This document shows positions 1-11,615 of a DNA stretch of 64,000 nucleotides, one piece after another. The translations under genes and the position numbers were made by a program. Every line of letters begins with the position of its first letter. Within the stretch, counting starts at the first letter, position 1. The notes beneath the pieces were generated by a model. It made no database searches. It was not told the origin of the DNA and saw only the letters and a list, made by a program, of their open reading frames with translations. The DNA is from Auanema rhodensis (Eukaryota > Animalia > Nematoda), in assembly GCA_964057225.1 (NCBI GenBank), contig CAXKVF010000072.1:806001-870000 (forward strand), read 5' to 3'.

Positions 1-97
1 CAAAGTCATGGTTACCATGAACCAATATCAATAAAAATTTGTTTTTAGACTAATATGGACATGGGGAATCTAATTTTGAAAACCGCATCTCTTTATC

Positions 98-114
98 TTT
101 CACGTGAAGCGAGT
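98..114 (+). other. CENP-B-box-like 17-mer TTTCACGTGAAGCGAGT (one per monomer), overlapping the palindrome TTCACGTGAA
   Basis: Matches 7 of 9 core positions of NTTCGNNNNANNCGGGN without gaps, and 11/17 of YTTCGTTGGAARCGGGA. Both core mismatches are G>A. Function is unproven. Confidence 0.3.
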
Positions 115-176
115 TACATACCAAGTGCACATTACGTGTACATTTAATTAGCATAAATTAAAGTTCACGTAAATTT

Positions 177-352
177 CAAAGTCATGGTTACCATGAACCA
201 ATATCAATAAAAATTTGTTTTTAGACTAATATGGACATGGGGAATCTAATTTTGAAAACCGCATCTCTTTATCTTTCACGTGAAGCGAGTTACATACCAA
301 GTGCACATCACGTGTACATTTAATTAGCATAAATTAAAGTTCACGTAAATTT
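177..352. repeat. Representative consensus monomer (176 bp)
   Basis: Monomer 2 matches the majority sequence (monomer 1 carries C133T). It has 56/176 G+C and 5 CpGs. Confidence 0.97.
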
Positions 353-3300
353 CAAAGTCATGGTTGCCATGAACTAATATCAATACAAATTTGTTTTTAG
401 ACTAATATGGACATGGGGAATCTAATTTTGAAAACCGCATCTCTTTATCTTTCACGTGAAGCGAGTTACATACCAAGTGCACATCACGTGTACATTTAAT
501 TAGCATAAATTAAAGTTCACGTAAATTTCAAAGTCATGGTTACCATGAACCAATATCAATAAAAATTCGTTTTTAGACTAATATGGACATGGGGAATCTA
601 ATTTTGAAAACCGCATCTCTTTATCTTTCACGTGAAGCGAGTTACATACCAAGTGCACATCACGTGTACATTTAATTAGCATAAATTAAAGTTCACGTAA
701 ATTTCAAAGTCATGGTTACCATGAACCAATATCAATAAAAATTTGTTTTTAGACTAATATGGACATGGGGAATCTAATTTTGAAAACCGCATCTCTTTAT
801 CTTTCACGTGAAGCGAGTTACATACCAAGTGCACATCACGTGTACATTTAATTAGCATAAATTAAAGTTCACGTAAATTTCAAAGTCATGGTTACCATGA
901 ACCAATATCAATAAAAATTTGTTTTTAGACTAATATGGACATGGGGAATCTAATTTTGAAAACCGCATCTCTTTATCTTTCACGTGAAGCGAGTTACATA
1001 CCAAGTGCACATCACGTGTACATTTAATTAGCATAAATTAAAGTTCACGTAAATTTCAAAGTCATGGTTACCATGAACCAATATCAATAAAAATTTGTTT
1101 TTAGACTAATATGGACATGGGGAATCTAATTTTGAAAACCGCATCTCTTTATCTTTCACGTGAAGCGAGTTACATACCAAGTGCACATCACGTGTACATT
1201 TAATTAGCATAAATTAAAGTTCACGTAAATTTCAAAGTCATGGTTACCATGAACCAATATCAATAAAAATTTGTTTTTAGACTAATATGGACATGGGGAA
1301 TCTAATTTTGAAAACCGCATCTCTTTATCTTTCACGTGAAGCGAGTTACATACCAAGTGCACATCACGTGTACATTTAATTAGCATAAATTGAAGTTCAC
1401 GTAAATTTCAAAGTCATGGTTACCATGAACCAATATCAATAAAAATTTGTTTTTAGACTAATATGGACATGGGGAATCTAATTTTGAAAACCGCATCTCT
1501 TTATCTTTCACGTGAAGCGAGTTACATACCAAGTGCACATCACGTGTACATTTAATTAGCATAAATTAAAGTTCACGTAAATTTCAAAGTCATGGTTACC
1601 ATGAACCAATATCAATAAAAATTTGTTTTTAGACTAATATGGACATGGGGAATCTAATTTTGAAAACCGCATCTCTTTATCTTTCACGTGAAGCGAGTTA
1701 CATACCAAGTGCACATCACGTGTACATTTAATTAGCATAAATTAAAGTTCACGTAAATTTCAAAGTCATGGTTACCATGAACCAATATCAATAAAAATTT
1801 GTTTTTAGACTAATATGGACATGGGGAATCTAATTTTGAAAACCGCATCTCTTTATCTTTCACGTGAAGCGAGTTACATACCAAGTGCACATCACGTGTA
1901 CATTTAATTGGCATAAATTAAAGTTCACGTAAATTTCAAAGTCATGGTTACCATGCACCAATATCAATAAAAATTTGTTTTTAGACTAATATGGACATGG
2001 GGAATCTAATTTTGAAAACCGCATCTCTTTATCTTTCACGTGAAGCGAGTTACATACCAAGTGCACATCACGTGTACATTTAATTAGCATAAATTAAAGT
2101 TCACGTAAATTTCAAAGTCATGGTTACCATGAACCAATATCAATAAAAATTTGTTTTTAGACTAATATGGACATGGGGAATCTAATTTTGAAAACCGCAT
2201 CTCTTTATCTTTCACGTGAAGCGAGTTACATACCAAGTGCACATCACGTGTACATTTAATTAGCATAAATTAAAGTTCACGTAAATTTCAAAGTCATGGT
2301 TACCATGAAGCAATATCAATAAAAATTTGTTTTTAGACTAATATGGACATGGGGAATATAATTTTGAAAACCGCATCTCTTTATCTTTCACGTGAAGCGA
2401 GTTACATACCAAGTGCACATCACGTGTACATTTAATTAGCATAAATTAAAGTTCACGTAAATTTCAAAGTCATGGTTACCATGAACCAATATCTATAAAA
2501 ATTTGTTTTTAGACTAATATGGACATGGGGAATCTAATTTTGAAAACCGCATCTCTTTATCTTTCACGTGAAGCGAGTTACATACCAAGTGCACATCACG
2601 TGTACATTTAATTAGCATAAATTAAAGTTCACGTAAATTTCAAAGTCATGGTTACCATGAACTAATATCAATAAAAATTTATTTTAGACTAATATGGACA
2701 TGGGGAATCTAATTTTGAAAACCGCATCTCTTTATCTTTCACGTGAAGCGAGTTACATACCAAGTGCACATCACTTGTACATTTAATTAGCATAAATTAA
2801 AGTTCACGTAAATTTCAAAGTCATGGTTACCATGAACCAATATCAATAAAAATTTGTTTTTAGACTAATATGGACATGGGGAATCTAATTTTGAAAACCG
2901 CATCTCTTTATCTTTCACGTGAAGCGAGTTACATACCAAGTGCACATCACTTGTACATTTAATTAGCATAAATTAAAGTTCACGTAAATTTCAAAGTCAT
3001 GGTTACCATGAACTAATATCAATAAAAATTTGTTTTTAGACTAATATGGACATGGGGAATCTAATTTTGAAAACCGCATCTCTTTATCTTTCACGTGAAG
3101 CGAGTTACATACCAAGTGCACATCACGTGTACATTTAATTAGCATAAATTAAAGTTCACGTAAATTTCAAAGTCATGGTTACCATGAACCAATATCAATA
3201 AAAATTTGTTTTTAGACTAATATGGACATGGGGAATCTAATTTTGAAAACCGCATCTGTTTATCTTTCACGTGAAGCGAGTTACATACCAAGTGCACATC

Positions 3301-5279
3301 ACGTGTACATTTAATTAGCATAAATTAAAGTTCACGTAAATTTCAAAGTCATGGTTACCATGAACTAATATCAATAAAAATTTGTTTTTAGACTAATATG
3401 GACATGGGGAATCTAATTTTGAAAACCGCATCTCTTTATCTTTCACGTGAAGCGAGTTACATACCAAGTGCACATCACTTGTACATTTAATTAGCATAAA
3501 TTAAAGTTCACGTAAATTTCAAAGTCATGGTTACCATGAACCAATATCAATAAAAATTTGTTTTTAGACTAATATGGACATGGGGAATCTAATTTTGAAA
3601 ACCGCATCTGTTTATCTTTCACGTGAAGCGAGTTACATACCAAGTGCACATCACTTGTACATTTAATTAGCATAAATTAAAGTTCACGTAAATTTCAAAG
3701 TCATGGTTACCATGAACTAATATCAATAAAAATTTGTTTTTAGACTAATATGGACATGGGGAATCTAATTTTGAAAACCGCATCTGTTTATCTTTCACGT
3801 GAAGCGAGTTACATACCAAGTGCACATCACGTGTACATTTAATTAGCATAAATTAAAGTTCACGTAAATTTCAAAGTCATGGTTACCATGAAGCAATATC
3901 AATAAAAATTTGTTTTTAGACTAATATGGACATGGGGAATATAATTTTGAAAACCGCATCTCTTTATCTTTCACGTGAAGCGAGTTACATACCAAGTGCA
4001 CATCACGTGTACATTTAATTAGCATAAATTAAAGTTCACGTAAATTTCAAAGTCATGGTTACCATGAACCAATATCAATAAAAATTTGTTTTTAGACTAA
4101 TATGGACATGGGGAATCTAATTTTGAAAACCGCATCTCTTTATCTTTCACGTGAAGCGAGTTACATACCAAGTGCGCATCACGTGTACATTTAATTAGCA
4201 TAAATTAAAGTTCACGTAAATTTCAAAGTCATGGTTACCATGAACCAATATCAATAAAAATTTGTTTTTAGACTAATATGGACATGGGGAATCTAATTTT
4301 GAAAACCGCATCTCTTTATCTTTCACGTGAAGCGAGTTACATACCAAGTGCACATCACTTGTACATTTAATTAGCATAAATTAAAGTTCACGTAAATTTC
4401 AAAGTCATGGTTACCATGAACTAATATCAATAAAAATTTGTTTTTAGACTAATATGGACATGGGGAATCTAATTTTGAAAACCGCATCTCTTTATCTTTC
4501 ACGTGAAGCGAGTTACATACCAAGTGCACATCACGTGTACATTTAATTAGCATAAATTAAAGTTCACGTAAATTTCAAAGTCATGGTTACCATGAACTAA
4601 TATCAATAAAAATTTGTTTTTAGACTAATATGGACATGGGGAATCTAATTTTGAAAACCGCATCTGTTTATCTTTCACGTGAAGCGAGTTACATACCAAG
4701 TGCACATCACGTGTACATTTAATTAGCATAAATTAAAGTTCACGTAAATTTCAAAGTCATGGTTACCATGAACCAATATCAATAAAAATTTGTTTTTAGA
4801 CTAATATGGACATGGGGAATCTAATTTTGAAAACCGCATCTCTTTATCTTTCACGTGAAGCGAGTTACATACCAAGTGCACATCACGTGTACATTTAATT
4901 AGCATAAATTAAAGTTCACGTAAATTTCAAAGTCATGGTTACCATGAACCAATATCAATAAAAATTTGTTTTTAGACTAATATGGACATGGGGAATCTAA
5001 TTTTGAAAACCGCATCTCTTTATCTTTCACGTGAAGCGAGTTACATACCAAGTGCACATCACGTGTACATTTAATTAGCATAAATTAAAGTTCACGTAAA
5101 TTTCAAAGTCATGGTTACCATGAACCAATATCAATAAAAATTTGTTTTTAGACTAATATGGACATGGGGAATCTAATTTTGAAAACCGCATCTCTTTATC
5201 TTTCACGTGAAGCGAGTTACATACCAAGTGCACATCACGTGTACATTTAATTAGCATAAATTAAAGTTCACGTAAATTT

Positions 5280-8200
5280 CAAAGTCATGGTTACCATGAA
5301 CCAATATGAATAAAAATTTGTTTTTAGACTAATATGGACATGGGGAATCTAATTTTGAAAACCGCATCTCTTTATCTTTCACGTGAAGCGAGTTACATAC
5401 CAAGTGCACATCACGCGTACATTTAATTAGCATAAATTAAAGTTCACGTAAATTTCAAAGTCATGGTTACCATGAACTAATATCAATAAAAATTTGTTTT
5501 TAGACTAATATGGACATGGGGAATCTAATTTTGAAAACCGCATCTCTTTATCTTTCACGTGAAGCGAGTTACATACCAAGTGCACATCACGTGTACATTT
5601 AATTAGCATAAATTAAAGTTCACGTAAATTTCAAAGTCATGGTTACCATGCACCAATATCAATAAAAATTTGTTTTTAGACTAATATGGACATGGGGAAT
5701 CTAATTTTGAAAACCGCATCTCTTCATCTTTCACGTGAAGCGAGTTACATACCAAGTGCACATCACGTGTACATTTAATTAGCATAAATTAAAGTTCACG
5801 TAAATTTCAAAGTCATGGTTACCATGCACCAATATCAATAAAAATTTGTTTTTAGACTAATATGGACATGGGGAATCTAATTTTGAAAACCGCATCTCTT
5901 CATCTTTCACGTGAAGCGAGTTACATACCAAGTGCACATCACGTGTACATTTAATTAGCATAAATTAAAGTTCACGTAAATTTCAAAGTCATGGTTACCA
6001 TGCACCAATATCAATAAAAATTTGTTTCTAGACTAATATGGACATGGGGAATCTAATTTTGAAAACCGCATCTCTTTATCTTTCACGTGAAGCGAGTTAC
6101 ATACCAAGTGCACATCACGTGTACATTTAATTAGCATAAATTAAAGTTCACGTAAATTTCAAAGTCATGGTTACCATGAACCAATATCAATAAAAATTTG
6201 TTTTTAGACTAATATGGACATGGGGAATCTAATTTTGAAAACCGCATCTCTTTATCTTTCACGTGAAGCGAGTTACATACCAAGTGCACATCACGTGTAC
6301 ATTTAATTAGCATAAATTAAAGTTCACGTAAATTTCAAAGTCATGGTTACCATGCACCAATATCAATAAAAATTTGTTTTTAGACTAATATGGACATGGG
6401 GAATCTAATTTTGAAAACCGCATCTCTTTATCTTTCACGTGAAGCGAGTTACATACCAAGTGCACATCACGTGTACATTTAATTAGCATAAATTAAAGTT
6501 CACGTAAATTTCAAAGTCATGGTTACCATGCGCCAATATCAATAAAAATTTGTTTTTAGACTAATATGGACATGGGGAATCTAATTTCGAAAACCGCATC
6601 TCTTCATCTTTCACGTGAAGCGAGTTACATACCAAGTGCACATCACGTGTACATTTAATTAGCATAAATTAAAGTTCACGTAAATTTCAAAGTCATGGTT
6701 ACCATGCACCAATATCAATAAAAATTTGTTTTTAGACTAATATGGACATGGGGAATCTAATTTTGAAAACCGCATCTCTTTATCTTTCACGTGAAGCGAG
6801 TTACATACCAAGTGCACATCACGTGTACATTTAATTAGCATAAATTAAAGTTCACGTAAATTTCAAAGTCATGGTTACCATGCACCAATATCAATAAAAA
6901 TTTGTTTTTAGACTAATATGGACATGATGAATCTAATTTTGAAAACCGCATCTCTTTATCTTTCACGTGAAGCGAGTTACATACCAAGTGCACATCACTT
7001 GTACATTTAATTAGCATAAATTAAAGTTCACGTAAATTTCAAAGTCATGGTTACCATGAACTAATATCAATAAAAATTTGTTTTTAGACTAATATGGACA
7101 TGGGGAATCTAATTTTGAAAACCGCATCTCTTTATCTTTCACGTGAAGCGAGTTACATACCAAGTGCACATCACGTGTACATTTAATTAGCATAAATTAA
7201 AGTTCACGTAAATTTCAAAGTCATGGTTACCATGAACCAATATCAATAAAAATTTGTTTTTAGACTAATATGGACATGGGGAATCTAATTTTGAAAACCG
7301 CATCTCTTTATCTTTCACGTGAAGCGAGTTACATACCAAGTGCACATCACGTGTACATTTAATTAGCATAAATTAAAGTTCACGTAAATTTCAAAGTCAT
7401 GGTTACCATGAACCAATATCAATAAAAATTTGTTTTTAGACTAATATGGACATGGGGAATCTAATTTTGAAAACCGCATCTCTTTATCTTTCACGTGAAG
7501 CGAGTTACATACCAAGTGCACATCACGTGTACATTTAATTAGCATAAATTAAAGTTCACGTAAATTTCAAAGTCATGGTTACCATGAACTAATATCAATA
7601 AAAATTTGTTTTTAGACTAATATGGACATGGGGAATCTAATTTTGAAAACCGCATCTGTTTATCTTTCACGTGAAGCGAGTTACATACCAAGTGCACATC
7701 ACGTGTACATTTAATTAGCATAAATTAAAGTTCACGTAAATTTCAAAGTCATGGTTACCATGAACCAATATCAATAAAAATTTGTTTTTAGACTAATATG
7801 GACATGGGGAATCTAATTTTGAAAACCGCATCTCTTTATCTTTCACGTGAAGCGAGTTACATACCAAGTGCACATCACGTGTACATTTAATTAGCATAAA
7901 TTAAAGTTCACGTAAATTTCAAAGTCATGGTTACCATGAACCAATATCAATAAAAATTTGTTTTTAGACTAATATGGACATGGGGAATCTAATTTTGAAA
8001 ACCGCATCTCTTTATCTTTCACGTGAAGCGAGTTACATACCAAGTGCACATCACGTGTACATTTAATTAGCATAAATTAAAGTTCACGTAAATTTCAAAG
8101 TCATGGTTACCATGAACTAATATCAATAAAAATTTGTTTTTAGACTAATATGGACATGGGGAATCTAATTTTGAAAACCGCATCTCTTTATCTTTCACGT

Positions 8201-11200
8201 GAAGCGAGTTACATACCAAGTGCACATCACGTGTACATTTAATTAGCATAAATTAAAGTTCACGTAAATTTCAAAGTCATGGTTACCATGAACCAATATC
8301 AATAAAAATTTGTTTTTAGACTAATATGGACATGGGGAATCTAATTTTGAAAACCGCATCTCTTTATCTTTCACGTGAAGCGAGTTACATACCAAGTGCA
8401 CATCACGTGTACATTTAATTAGCATAAATTAAAGTTCACGTAAATTTCAAAGTCATGGTTACCATGAACTAATATCAATAAAAATTTGTTTTTAGACTAA
8501 TATGGACATGGGGAATCTAATTTTGAAAACCGCATCTCTTTATCTTTCACGTGAAGCGAGTTACATACCAAGTGCACATCACGTGTACATTTAATTAGCA
8601 TAAATTAAAGTTCACGTAAATTTCAAAGTCATGGTTACCATGAACCAATATCAATAAAAATTTGTTTTTAGACTAATATGGACATGGGGAATCTAATTTT
8701 GAAAACCGCATCTCTTTATCTTTCACGTGAAGCGAGTTACATACCAAGTGCACATCACGTGTACATTTAATTAGCATAAATTAAAGTTCACGTAAATTTC
8801 AAAGTCATGGTTACCATGAACCAATATCAATAAAAATTTGTTTTTAGACTAATATGGACATGGGGAATCTAATTTTGAAAACCGCATCTCTTTATCTTTC
8901 ACGTGAAGCGAGTTACATACCAAGTGCACATCACGTGTACATTTAATTAGCATAAATTAAAGTTCACGTAAATTTCAAAGTCATGGTTACCATGAACCAA
9001 TATGAATAAAAATTTGTTTTTAGACTAATATGGACATGGGGAATCTAATTTTGAAAACCGCATCTCTTTATCTTTCACGTGAAGCGAGTTACATACCAAG
9101 TGCACATCACGTGTACATTTAATTAGCATAAATTAAAGTTCACGTAAATTTCAAAGTCATGGTTACCATGAACTAATATCAATAAAAATTTGTTTTTAGA
9201 CTAATATGGACATGGGGAATCTAATTTTGAAAACCGCATCTCTTTATCTTTCACGTGAAGCGAGTTACATACCAAGTGCACATCACGTGTACATTTAATT
9301 AGCATAAATTAAAGTTCACGTAAATTTCAAAGTCATGGTTACCATGCACCAATATCAATAAAAATTTGTTTTTAGACTAATATGGACATGGGGAATCTAA
9401 TTTTGAAAACCGCATCTCTTCATCTTTCACGTGAAGCGAGTTACATACCAAGTGCACATCACGTGTACATTTAATTAGCATAAATTAAAGTTCACGTAAA
9501 TTTCAAAGTCATGGTTACCATGAACCAATATCAATAAAAATTTGTTTTTAGACTAATATGGACATGGGGAATCTAATTTTGAAAACCGCATCTCTTTATC
9601 TTTCACGTGAAGCGAGTTACATACCAAGTGCACATCACGTGTACATTTAATTAGCATAAATTAAAGTTCACGTAAATTTCAAAGTCATGGTTACCATGAA
9701 CCAATATCAATAAAAATTTGTTTTTAGACTAATATGGACATGGGGAATCTAATTTTGAAAACCGCATCTCTTTATCTTTCACGTGAAGCGAGTTACATAC
9801 CAAGTGCACATCACGTGTACATTTAATTAGCATAAATTAAAGTTCACGTAAATTTCAAAGTCATGGTTACCATGCACCAATATCAATAAAAATTTGTTTT
9901 TAGACTAATATGGACATGGGGAATCTAATTTTGAAAACCGCATCTCTTTATCTTTCACGTGAAGCGAGTTACATACCAAGTGCACATCACGTGTACATTT
10001 AATTAGCATAAATTAAAGTTCACGTAAATTTCAAAGTCATGGTTACCATGAACCAATATCAATAAAAATTTGTTTTTAGACTAATATGGACATGGGGAAT
10101 CTAATTTTGAAAACCGCATCTCTTTATCTTTCACGTGAAGCGAGTTACATACCAAGTGCACATCACGTGTACATTTAATTAGCATAAATTAAAGTTCACG
10201 TAAATTTCAAAGTCATGGTTACCATGCACCAATATCAATAAAAATTTGTTTTTAGACTAATATGGACATGGGGAATCTAATTTTGAAAACCGCATCTCTT
10301 TATCTTTCACGTGAAGCGAGTTACATACCAAGTGCACATCACGTGTACATTTAATTAGCATAAATTAAAGTTCACGTAAATTTCAAAGTCATGGTTACCA
10401 TGCACCAATATCAATAAAAATTTGTTTTTAGACTAATATGGACATGGGGAATCTAATTTTGAAAACCGCATCTCTTCATCTTTCACGTGAAGCGAGTTAC
10501 ATACCAAGTGCACATCACGTGTACATTTAATTAGCATAAATTAAAGTTCACGTAAATTTCAAAGTCATGGTTACCATGCACCAATATCAATAAAAATTTG
10601 TTTTTAGACTAATATGGACATGGGGAATCTAATTTTGAAAACCGCATCTCTTTATCTTTCACGTGAAGCGAGTTACATACCAAGTGCACATCACGTGTAC
10701 ATTTAATTAGCATAAATTAAAGTTCACGTAAATTTCAAAGTCATGGTTACCATGCACCAATATCAATAAAAATTTGTTTTTAGACTAATATGGACATGAT
10801 GAATCTAATTTTGAAAACCGCATCTCTTTATCTTTCACGTGAAGCGAGTTACATACCAAGTGCACATCACTTGTACATTTAATTAGCATAAATTAAAGTT
10901 CACGTAAATTTCAAAGTCATGGTTACCATGAACTAATATCAATAAAAATTTGTTTTTAGACTAATATGGACATGGGGAATCTAATTTTGAAAACCGCATC
11001 TCTTTATCTTTCACGTGAAGCGAGTTACATACCAAGTGCACATCACGTGTACATTTAATTAGCATAAATTAAAGTTCACGTAAATTTCAAAGTCATGGTT
11101 ACCATGAACCAATATCAATAAAAATTTGTTTTTAGACTAATATGGACATGGGGAATCTAATTTTGAAAACCGCATCTCTTTATCTTTCACGTGAAGCGAG

Positions 11201-11615
11201 TTACATACCAAGTGCACATCACGTGTACATTTAATTAGCATAAATTAAAGTTCACGTAAATTTCAAAGTCATGGTTACCATGAACCAATATCAATAAAAA
11301 TTTGTTTTTAGACTAATATGGACATGGGGAATCTAATTTTGAAAACCGCATCTCTTTATCTTTCACGTGAAGCGAGTTACATACCAAGTGCACATCACGT
11401 GTACATTTAATTAGCATAAATTAAAGTTCACGTAAATTTCAAAGTCATGGTTACCATGAACTAATATCAATAAAAATTTGTTTTTAGACTAATATGGACA
11501 TGGGGAATCTAATTTTGAAAACCGCATCTCTTTATCTTTCACGTGAAGCGAGTTACATACCAAGTGCACATCACGTGTACATTTAATTAGCATAAATTAA
11601 AGTTCACGTAAATTT
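5280..11615. repeat. Diverged ~21-22-monomer-offset duplication (about 5280-7743 vs 8976-11615)
   Basis: C29G lies at 5308 and 9004 (offset 3696 = 21 monomers). The ATGATG allele with G136T lies at 6927 and 10799 (offset 3872 = 22 monomers). The flanking allele order is shared. Confidence 0.75.

Noticed and set aside
11-23. RFX X-box (GTTACCATGAAC)
   Set aside because: Only the left half matches GTNRCC-N(0-3)-RGYAAC, and the right half is the most polymorphic part of the monomer.
31-36. AATAAA polyadenylation signal (positions 30-35) and T-run terminator-like hairpin
   Set aside because: Expected by chance in 68% AT DNA, and no transcription unit is evident.
63-66. G-quadruplex
   Set aside because: There is only one G4 run per 176 bp, too far apart for an intramolecular quadruplex.
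1-176. Brassica CentBr, Arabidopsis CEN178 or primate alpha satellite identity
   Set aside because: The length is similar, but I recognise no sequence similarity. A BLAST search is needed to be sure.
1-176. 5S rRNA, tRNA, snRNA or SL-RNA tandem gene array
   Set aside because: There are no recognisable Pol III A/B/C boxes, cloverleaf or conserved RNA sequence, and the unit is very AT-rich.
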